Of a stretch of DNA of 10,584 bases, positions 1-6,475 are shown one piece after another. The first letter of the stretch is position 1. Each line of letters opens with the position of its first letter. The notes beneath the pieces are model-generated. The model ran no database searches. It saw only the letters and a list, made by a program, of their open reading frames with translations, and was not told the origin of the DNA. This DNA is from Fidelibacterota bacterium. Its GTDB lineage: Bacteria > Fidelibacterota > Fidelibacteria > Fidelibacterales > Fidelibacteraceae. Location: assembly GCA_034723415.1 (NCBI GenBank), contig JAYEOX010000136.1, positions 1 to 10,584 of the forward strand. The letters run 5' to 3'. The translations under genes were made by a program, and so were the position numbers.

Positions 1-5
1 AGATA

Positions 6-1253
6 ATGAAAAAAGTAATTATTACAATTGGAATTATTTTCACGGTTATTTTCATCAGTTGTTCAAAAAATGATGAACAGACCAATTACACTAATTCAGC
101 AAACAATATTGTTGAATTAACTAATAATTTTGTTAAAAGCGGCTCAGAAAACCCTAAAAACTATTTGGCAGAAGTTAAAAAAATTGTAGATAGATCGGCA
201 AGTGCAAATAAAGAAGAGGCAGAATTCGACATCGTTCCGGTTTCGGTCATTCCTGTTACGAAAGGTTCGATAGAAGAGAGCATCAGCTATTTTGGAGATA
301 TTGAAGCGAAATATTCAATTCCTATTTATCCCAAAACTCCAGAAAAAATCGAGAAGTTTTTCGTTGATGATGGTGATTATGTTAAAAAAGGACAAAGGAT
401 TGCTCAGATTAATAACGAACAATTGAAATATTCTGTAAATCAGGCGCAAGCCGGATTAAAAAGTGCAAAATCTCAGTATAAAAACACACTACAAGAATAT
501 AGACGAACGAAAACTTTATTTGAAGAAAATGCTATAAGCAAGAGTCAATACGATCAGATCAAGACACAAAAAGAGATGAGCGAAAATAGTGTTAATCAAG
601 CAAAAGCCGCTCTTAATACAGCGGAAAAAATGTTAAATGATGCATTGATCACCGCTCCAATTAGTGGTTATGTTTCAAATAGAGATTTTGACGATGGCGA
701 CATGGTATCTCCACAGCGGCCATTATTAACGATTTCACAAATGGATATGGTAAAGGTCATTACAAGAATATCAGAAGAAGACATTTCAAAAGTAAAGATA
801 GGAATGAAAGCACGCATAAATGTGAATGCTTTTCAGGACGAGGTTTTTTATGGGAAAATAAATAGAATATCGCCTATTATTGATCTCAAGACACGAACCG
901 TAAAGGTAGTAATTGTTGTTAATAATTCTGACTTGAAATTGAAACCCGGAATGTTTTCAGAAGTGAATATTATTACAGATTCAAAAGACAATTGTTTTGT
1001 TTTGAATAAAAATTACATACTTGAAAAGACAACAGCTGTTATGAATACCGATGATTTGAGAGATAAAGAGATAGTAAAAAAATATTTTTTATTTGTAACA
1101 AAAGATAATATGGCAATTAAAAAGGAAGTTAATATTGGACTTAAGGCAGAATATAAATATGAAATAAATTCAGGTCTAACAGGGAACGAATTGATCATTA
1201 CAAAAGGGCTTTCTAATGTTACAGATTCTTCAATGGTAAAAGTCGTAAAATAA
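6..1253 (+). CDS. RND efflux transporter periplasmic adaptor (membrane fusion protein), probable lipoprotein
   Basis: 415 aa. Signal peptide MKK + hydrophobic stretch + lipobox-like FIS-C19. Lipoyl-like halves (VDDGDYVKKGQRIAQI; ITAPISGYVS...GDMV) flank a coiled-coil hairpin (AQAGLKSAK...ISKSQYDQ...AKAAL). C-terminal LKPGMF motif. Directly upstream of an AcrB-family gene. Start lies at the window edge. Confidence 0.95.
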   Translation: MKKVIITIGIIFTVIFISCSKNDEQTNYTNSANNIVELTNNFVKSGSENPKNYLAEVKKIVDRSASANKEEAEFDIVPVSVIPVTKGSIEESISYFGDIEAKYSIPIYPKTPEKIEKFFVDDGDYVKKGQRIAQINNEQLKYSVNQAQAGLKSAKSQYKNTLQEYRRTKTLFEENAISKSQYDQIKTQKEMSENSVNQAKAALNTAEKMLNDALITAPISGYVSNRDFDDGDMVSPQRPLLTISQMDMVKVITRISEEDISKVKIGMKARINVNAFQDEVFYGKINRISPIIDLKTRTVKVVIVVNNSDLKLKPGMFSEVNIITDSKDNCFVLNKNYILEKTTAVMNTDDLRDKEIVKKYFLFVTKDNMAIKKEVNIGLKAEYKYEINSGLTGNELIITKGLSNVTDSSMVKVVK

Positions 1254-1287
1254 ATTAAATGTTAATAAATAATAATATAGGAATCGT

Positions 1288-4200
1288 ATGAATTTATCAA
1301 AATTAAGTATTAAACGAGCTGTTACTTTTTCAATGATATACATAATGGTAATAGGTTTTGGGCTGTTTGGGCTTTCGCAATTGGATTTGGATCTTTATCC
1401 GAAACTTGAATTTCCACTAATAGGTGTTATCACCAATTATGAAGGAGTAACTCCAAAAAATATTGAAAATTTGGTTACTCGCCCGCTTGAAGAAACTGTA
1501 ATATCAATTGAGGGTGTAAAAGAAGTAAATTCTACTTCAAGCACAGGTGCCTCGATCATTTTAATTGATTTTGACTGGGGAACTGATATGGATAAAGCGG
1601 AAATAGATGTAAGGGAAAAAATTGATTTTGTAAAAGATTATTTGCCGGATGAGGCAAGTGAACCAATGTCTTTTGCATTTGATCCGTCAATGCAGTCGAT
1701 TATACTTTTTAATATAATATCTTCGGAATTGAGTGATATAGAATTGAGAGAAGTTGTAAAAGAACAGATAAAGCCACGTTTAGAACGATTAAAAGGAGTT
1801 GCAAGTGTTACTATTAATGGTGGTTTGGAAAGAGAAATACAAGTTGAAATAAATCCGTTCAAATTAGCGGCAAATCATATTTCAATAAAAGATGTAAGTA
1901 ATGCACTGAGATTTGCAAATTTAGATATGCCCGGTGGTATATTAGAAGAAAATGAGAAAGAATTTTCTGTTGTAACAAATGCGAAATATGAATCAATTGA
2001 AGAGATTAAAAATACTGTTGTGAGCTATTCACAATATGGTGAACCAATATATTTAAAACATATTGCTAAAGTATATGATGGGATTAAGGAAGAAACGAAA
2101 ATAGTGCGCAATAATGGTGAAAGTGCAATTGTTTTAGTTGCTTATAAACGGTCGGATGCTAACACTGTAAATACGTGTGAAAATATAAATAATTATTTGC
2201 CTAAATTAAAAAAACAATTGGGTCATGATATTGAATTTAATACAATTTTTGATCAATCTGAATTTATAAACAACTCTATAAATAATTTGTCAACAACTGC
2301 TATATTAGCTTTTATTATGTCATTTTTTGTGCTTTTCTTTTTCTTAAGACATTTAAATAGTTCAGTTATTGTAGCGATTTCGATCCCAATTTCAATTATC
2401 TTTACATTTTTTATTATGAGTCAAATAGGTGTAACATTAAATATTGTTTCTATGGCGGGATTAGCGCTTGCTATTGGTTTGTTAGTGGATAATTCTATCG
2501 TTGTTTTAGAAAATATTTTTCGTAGAAGAAATGATCTGACGGAAGATATTAAAACTGCTTCTGAAAAGGGAAGTTCTGAAGTTTCAACTGCGATCATCGC
2601 TTCAACTTTAACAACAGTATCTGTTTTTGTACCAATACTTTTTGTACCGGGAATTTCCGGAGTACTGTTTAAGGATATGGCTTTAACTATTGTTGTTTCA
2701 CTTTTTATTTCCTTGATGGTTGCATTGACTTTAATTCCATTATTATCATCTAGGTTTTTGTCCAAGAAACAGGAAGGGCACGCATCTACGATCGGTGGGA
2801 AATTTGACAATATGATAGGCGGGTGGTTAGACAAATTATCAATTGTTTATTCAAAAAGTATTCGTTGGTCGCTAAGTCATAAGAAAATAGTACTTATTAG
2901 TATATTACTAGTTTTGGTAATCTCGATATTTTCCTTAAAATGGATTGGGGGAGAATTTTTACCAAAGACAGATGAATCAAATATAAAGATGGATATAGAG
3001 ACCCCGATCGGCACTTCCTTATCGGCAACGAATAAAATATTTAAAGAAGTTGAAAGTATAATAATGGCAATTCCGGAAGTAAAGAATACTTACATTGATT
3101 TTGGTCGTGCTACTGGTTTTTCTGCAATGTTTGGAGGAGCTTCTAATAAGGGAAGAATGAACATAGAACTAATTAATAAAAATAAACGAAAAAGGTCACA
3201 ATTTGAAATTGAAGATTATTTGAGAAATAGATTAGATACAATTCCGGATTTAAAGATGTCTTTTGCACAAAGTGGTCCTGCTACCGGTGGGGAAGGAGCA
3301 ATTGCAATAAAAATATTCAGTCATAACATTGATAAGGGGAAACAAATTGCTAATCAAGTTAAAGAAATGATGGAAAATATCCCGGGTATTGTAGATGCCA
3401 AATTGTCTTTTTCGGATCCTAAACCGGAATATTATGTAAAAATTGATCGAGTAAAAGCAGCTCAATTAGGGCTTAGTGCATATCAAATTACAAGCACTAT
3501 TGGTAATTCAATTAAAGGTACAATAGCGTCGCGATTTAGACAAGGTGGCGATGAATATGATATATTAGTACGATTTAGCAACAAATATAGGGAATCAAAA
3601 ATGGATTTAAATAACATTTTTATTTCCTTGCCGACAGGCGAACAAATTCCTCTAAATAGCATTGCCACTATTGAATCAAAGGTAGGACCTGTGTCAATAT
3701 CAAGACAAGATCAAAATCGTTATGTAAGTGTTTCTGCAAATAATTCGGGTAGAGATCTGCAGAGCATAACGGCTGATATAGAATTGGGGTTAAAAAGTAT
3801 AGCACTTCCGGAAGATACTCATATTGAAATTGGTGGAACAGCTCAAGATCAGCGAGAGTCATTTTTCTATCTTGGATTGGCGATACTTGTTGCAATTGCT
3901 TTGGTTTATATGGTAATGGCATCTCAATTTGAATCGCTGCTTGATCCATTTATTATTTTATCAACTATTCCGCTTGCTTTGATTGGTGTAATAATTGCAC
4001 TTTTTGTTACAGGTACAAATTTGAGTGTTACTGTTTTTATTGGAGGAATGCTTTTGGTAGGAATTGTTGTAAATAACGGAATCGTTCTGATAGATTATAT
4101 TAATCAGTTGATAAAAAAACATAATATGAAAATTAAAGAAGCAATAGTTACCGGAGCTAAAACTCGTTTGCGGCCGGTATTAATGACAGCAATAACTACC

Positions 4201-4371
4201 ATTTTGTCTATGTCACCTCTTGCTTTTGAAATGGGTTCAAGTTCTGAGATCTGGTCACCAATGGCAAGATCAATTATTGGCGGATTGATCGCTTCTACAT
4301 TTTTAACAATGTTTTTTGTCCCGATTATGTTCTATATTTTACAACGGAAACGATTGGGAGCGAATAGTTAA
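1288..4371 (+). CDS. RND efflux transporter permease subunit (AcrB/AcrD/AcrF family)
   Basis: 1027 aa. N-terminal SIKRAV..TM1, IENLVTRPLEE, TM4 GLLVDNSIVVLENI, MASQFES..DPFII, GIVVNNGIVLID, RLRPVLMT, PMARSIIGGL. Two large periplasmic loops. AGGA upstream of the ATG. Confidence 0.97.
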   Translation: MNLSKLSIKRAVTFSMIYIMVIGFGLFGLSQLDLDLYPKLEFPLIGVITNYEGVTPKNIENLVTRPLEETVISIEGVKEVNSTSSTGASIILIDFDWGTDMDKAEIDVREKIDFVKDYLPDEASEPMSFAFDPSMQSIILFNIISSELSDIELREVVKEQIKPRLERLKGVASVTINGGLEREIQVEINPFKLAANHISIKDVSNALRFANLDMPGGILEENEKEFSVVTNAKYESIEEIKNTVVSYSQYGEPIYLKHIAKVYDGIKEETKIVRNNGESAIVLVAYKRSDANTVNTCENINNYLPKLKKQLGHDIEFNTIFDQSEFINNSINNLSTTAILAFIMSFFVLFFFLRHLNSSVIVAISIPISIIFTFFIMSQIGVTLNIVSMAGLALAIGLLVDNSIVVLENIFRRRNDLTEDIKTASEKGSSEVSTAIIASTLTTVSVFVPILFVPGISGVLFKDMALTIVVSLFISLMVALTLIPLLSSRFLSKKQEGHASTIGGKFDNMIGGWLDKLSIVYSKSIRWSLSHKKIVLISILLVLVISIFSLKWIGGEFLPKTDESNIKMDIETPIGTSLSATNKIFKEVESIIMAIPEVKNTYIDFGRATGFSAMFGGASNKGRMNIELINKNKRKRSQFEIEDYLRNRLDTIPDLKMSFAQSGPATGGEGAIAIKIFSHNIDKGKQIANQVKEMMENIPGIVDAKLSFSDPKPEYYVKIDRVKAAQLGLSAYQITSTIGNSIKGTIASRFRQGGDEYDILVRFSNKYRESKMDLNNIFISLPTGEQIPLNSIATIESKVGPVSISRQDQNRYVSVSANNSGRDLQSITADIELGLKSIALPEDTHIEIGGTAQDQRESFFYLGLAILVAIALVYMVMASQFESLLDPFIILSTIPLALIGVIIALFVTGTNLSVTVFIGGMLLVGIVVNNGIVLIDYINQLIKKHNMKIKEAIVTGAKTRLRPVLMTAITTILSMSPLAFEMGSSSEIWSPMARSIIGGLIASTFLTMFFVPIMFYILQRKRLGANS

Positions 4372-4391
4372 AATATATACTTGAGAAATAA

Positions 4392-4841
4392 ATGACAAAT
4401 ATTAAAATAAAACAAGTTAATTTTAATTCAGAAGAATATAAAAGAACAGTTAAACTCAGGGATAAAATTCTTCGCAAACCTCTGGGATTAAAATTTTCTT
4501 CTGAACAGTTAGAAAAAGAATATTCGGATATTCATATTGCATATTTTAAAGATAAAGATCTGATTGGATGTCTTATACTTTCACCGATTGATGATATTAC
4601 TGTCAGAATGCGTCAAGTCGCAGTTGATGAAAAATATCAAGGCCAAAAGATCGGCACGAAAATGGTAAAATATTCTGAAAAATTTGCTGAAGAAAATGGA
4701 TTTAATGAAATGATATTACACTCCCGCGAAGTTGCAGTTCCCTTTTATTTAAAATTGGATTATAAAATAATTGGTGAAAAGTTTGTTGAAATTGGTCTTC
4801 CGCATTGGATGATGAGAAAGAAGTTAGTTTTGTTGAAGTAG
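4392..4841 (+). CDS. GNAT family N-acetyltransferase (YjcF/ElaA-like)
   Basis: 149 aa. Acetyl-CoA motif A RQVAVDEKYQGQKIGTKM, plus AVPFYLKLDY and C-terminal F.E.GLPH..M. Starts 20 bp after the RND stop. Confidence 0.9.
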   Translation: MTNIKIKQVNFNSEEYKRTVKLRDKILRKPLGLKFSSEQLEKEYSDIHIAYFKDKDLIGCLILSPIDDITVRMRQVAVDEKYQGQKIGTKMVKYSEKFAEENGFNEMILHSREVAVPFYLKLDYKIIGEKFVEIGLPHWMMRKKLVLLK

Positions 4842-4852
4842 TGTTAGCTTTA

Positions 4853-4886
4853 CCGCTGAGGCGGAAAGACGCAGAGAAGAATAATT
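4853..4886 (+). repeat. Degenerate 8-bp triplet plus AAGAATAATT tail, copy 1
   Basis: CCGCTGAG GCGGAAAG ACGCAGAG AAGAATAATT. A related copy is at 5306-5339. Confidence 0.55.
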
Positions 4887-4894
4887 TTAAATAG

Positions 4895-4971
4895 GGAAAC
4901 CGGAAACAGGAGAAAGGAGAACGGAAATCGGAGAACAGAAGCCGGAGACCGGAAACCGGAGACCGGAAGAA
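4895..4971 (+). repeat. Degenerate 7-bp tandem array, consensus GGARACC, about 11 units
   Basis: GGAAACC GGAAACA GGAGAAA GGAGAAC GGAAATC GGAGAAC AGAAGCC GGAGACC GGAAACC GGAGACC GGAAGAA. Confidence 0.92.
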
Positions 4972-4976
4972 AATTT

Positions 4977-4996
4977 CCCGCCTGTGTCGGGCAGGC
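4977..4996. repeat. GC-rich mini-palindrome, copy 1
   Basis: CCCGCCTGTGTCGGGCAGGC. GCCTG (4980-4984) pairs with CAGGC (4992-4996). AAATTTC occurs on both sides (4971-4977 and 4997-5003). Confidence 0.6.
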
Positions 4997-5019
4997 AAAT
5001 TTCTAACTAAATTACACTT

Positions 5020-5058
5020 AATATCCAATATCCAACACGGAATGTTCAAGTAAGAAGT
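5020..5058 (+). repeat. Short decaying 7-bp-period run
   Basis: AATATCC AATATCC AACACGG AATGTTC AAGTAAG AAGT; the AA dinucleotide recurs every 7 nt. Confidence 0.5.
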
Positions 5059-5070
5059 AAAAAGACCAAG

Positions 5071-5133
5071 TTTCAAATTTCAAATTTCCAATTTCCAGCA
5101 TCCAATTTCCAATTTCCAGTATCCAATATCCCC
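5071..5133 (+). repeat. Degenerate 7-bp tandem array, consensus TTTCCAA, 9 units, with an internal 21-bp duplication
   Basis: TTTCAAA TTTCAAA TTTCCAA TTTCCAG CATCCAA TTTCCAA TTTCCAG TATCCAA TATCCCC. Segments 5085-5105 and 5106-5126 differ at one base. Confidence 0.92.
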
Positions 5134-5149
5134 ACCATTGCGGGCAGAC
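5131..5149. repeat. GC-rich mini-palindrome, degenerate copy 2
   Basis: CCCACCATTGCGGGCAGAC aligns to 4977-4996 as CCCRCC-N4/5-CGGGCAGRC and is followed by AATTTC. Confidence 0.5.
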
Positions 5150-5158
5150 AATTTCAGC

Positions 5159-5190
5159 CCCACTAACCCATTAACCCACTAAACCACTGA
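5159..5190 (+). repeat. 8-bp tandem array CCCACTAA x4
   Basis: CCCACTAA CCCATTAA CCCACTAA ACCACTGA. Confidence 0.85.
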
Positions 5191-5193
5191 TAA

Positions 5194-5272
5194 AAACTTC
5201 CGAAGTTTCCATTTATTTTATTAAAACAATTTAAATCATTTTATATTCTATTAGTTTCAAACTTCGGAAGTT
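5194..5272. repeat. 14-bp perfect inverted repeat pair of self-palindromic units with a 50-bp AT-rich spacer (REP-doublet/MITE-like)
   Basis: AACTTCCGAAGTTT (5195-5208) is the exact reverse complement of AAACTTCGGAAGTT (5259-5272). Each arm is itself AACTTC-N-GAAGTT. Confidence 0.85.
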
Positions 5273-5305
5273 CTTTGTAAAACGGAAACCGAAAGAAAAT
5301 ACCTC

Positions 5306-5339
5306 TCGCAAAGTCGCAAGGTCACAAAGAAGAATAATT
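5306..5339 (+). repeat. Degenerate 8-bp triplet plus AAGAATAATT tail, copy 2
   Basis: TCGCAAAG TCGCAAGG TCACAAAG AAGAATAATT. The 12-mer AGAAGAATAATT is identical at 4875-4886 and 5328-5339. Confidence 0.7.
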
Positions 5340-5372
5340 ACTAATTAGGAACTTCAAATTTTAAATTTCTAA

Positions 5373-5412
5373 CCCTCTAATCCACAAATCTACTACTCCA
5401 CTCAACCACTCA
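5373..5412 (+). repeat. Degenerate 8-bp tandem array (NCCACTMA-like) x5
   Basis: CCCTCTAA TCCACAAA TCTACTAC TCCACTCA ACCACTCA; same family as 5159-5190. Confidence 0.65.
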
Positions 5413-5464
5413 ACGAATAGAACTTGAAGTTCAAATTAAAAATTTATCAAAATCAATCTTATTG

Positions 5465-5493
5465 TTGTAAAACTATAAAAAATACCTTAAATT
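5465..5493 (+). promoter_or_regulatory. Candidate sigma70-type promoter for the ybaB-recR operon
   Basis: TTGTAA (5465-5470), 17-bp spacer, TAAATT (5488-5493). SD AAGGAG at 5519-5524. The AT-rich background makes chance matches likely. Confidence 0.4.
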
Positions 5494-5532
5494 ACAAGAT
5501 GTATGAAAAAAGAAAAATAAGGAGAAAATAAT

Positions 5533-5859
5533 ATGATGCCAAAAGGTGGAATGCAAGGATTAATGAAACAAGCACAGAAAATGCAAAAACAGATGCAAAA
5601 AGCACAGGAAGAATTAGCAAATGAAATTGTGGAAGGTTCTTCTGGTGGTGGAATGGTTGTTGTGAAAGTCAATGGTAAAAAAGAGATTAAAAATGTAAAG
5701 ATCAATCCTGAAATATTATCCGAAGATGTAGAAATGGTTGAAGATTTGATTTTAGCAGCAGTTAATCAAGCAATGCAAAATGCTGAAGAGTTATCAAACT
5801 CAAAGATGGGAAATATTCAAGGCGGATTAGGAAATAGTCTATCCGGAATGGGATTATAA
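5533..5859 (+). CDS. ybaB: YbaB/EbfC family nucleoid-associated protein
   Basis: MQGLMKQAQKMQKQM..AQEEL, GSSGGGMVVVKVNG, EMVEDLILAAVNQA. Strong SD. Adjacent to recR. Confidence 0.96.
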   Translation: MMPKGGMQGLMKQAQKMQKQMQKAQEELANEIVEGSSGGGMVVVKVNGKKEIKNVKINPEILSEDVEMVEDLILAAVNQAMQNAEELSNSKMGNIQGGLGNSLSGMGL

Positions 5860-5863
5860 ATTA

Positions 5864-6475
5864 ATGAGCAATATTCCAAATTCAATTGAAAAAATAAGTG
5901 AATTATTTTCAAAATTTCCTGGAATCGGGAGAAAAAGTGCACGTCGCATTGCTTTTTATTTAATGGATACTCCTCGTGAAAAGGTTATTGAAATTGCAAA
6001 AGCGATAATTGATCTAAAGGATAAGGTAAAACATTGTCCGATATGTAATTATATGACGGAAGAAACAAAATGCTCTATATGTAGTGATCCTAAAAGAGAT
6101 GATAGTATTATTTGTGTAGTTGAAGACAGCATGGATGTAATTGCTTTAGAAAAATCTGTATCTTTTAATGGCAAGTATCATGTGTTAGGTGGACTTATTT
6201 CACCGTTGGATGGAATTGGACCTGATGATTTAGATTTTGATGGATTATTAAAACGGTTAGATAATGTTAAAGAAATAATTGTTGCTATTAACCCGTCAAT
6301 TGAAGGTGATACGACTGTTTATTACTTGAATAAAATTGTAAAAGACAAGTCAATTAAAATTACAAATTTAGCAAGAGGAATACCGATTGGCGGTGATCTT
6401 GAATTTACCGACGAGGCAACAATTGCACGCGCTTTAGAACAACGAACAGAAATTAAAAGAGATGATAAGTTATGA
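5864..6475 (+). CDS. recR: Recombination mediator RecR
   Basis: HhH motif FPGIGRKSARRIAF, C4 zinc finger CPIC..CSIC, TOPRIM ICVVED, YHVLGGLISPLDGIGP, LARGIPIGGDLEFTD. Confidence 0.98.
   Translation: MSNIPNSIEKISELFSKFPGIGRKSARRIAFYLMDTPREKVIEIAKAIIDLKDKVKHCPICNYMTEETKCSICSDPKRDDSIICVVEDSMDVIALEKSVSFNGKYHVLGGLISPLDGIGPDDLDFDGLLKRLDNVKEIIVAINPSIEGDTTVYYLNKIVKDKSIKITNLARGIPIGGDLEFTDEATIARALEQRTEIKRDDKL

Noticed and set aside
1013..3949. Minus-strand ORFs 1013-1198, 1638-1862, 2421-2834, 3250-3465, 3483-3668 and 3668-3949
   Set aside because: Antisense shadows inside well-supported MFP and RND genes, with no motifs.
4977..5003. Rho-independent terminator after the GNAT gene
   Set aside because: Short stem with no adjacent U-tract on either strand; better explained as a repeated mini-element.
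4702..5076. 124-aa minus-strand ORF (RSPVSGLRLLFSDFRSPFSCFRFP...)
   Set aside because: It overlaps the GNAT gene antisense, and its periodic S/P/F/R content is simply the translation of the heptamer array. No recognisable domain.
4842..5432. CRISPR array interpretation of the repeat region
   Set aside because: No 23-50-bp identical repeats separated by unique spacers of regular length, and no cas genes in the window.
5456..5500. Imperfect inverted repeat TTGTAA...TTACAA over the candidate ybaB promoter
   Set aside because: Only 6 perfect AT-rich base pairs; not distinguishable from chance without comparative data.
4842..5532. SRP RNA (ffs), tRNA or riboswitch, since ffs often lies near dnaX-ybaB-recR
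   Set aside because: No SRP core (CAGG..CGGAAGGAAGCAGC-like) or tRNA cloverleaf/TTCGA arm recognised by eye. GACCGGAAGAA at 4961-4971 is part of the heptamer array. An Rfam/Infernal scan would be decisive.
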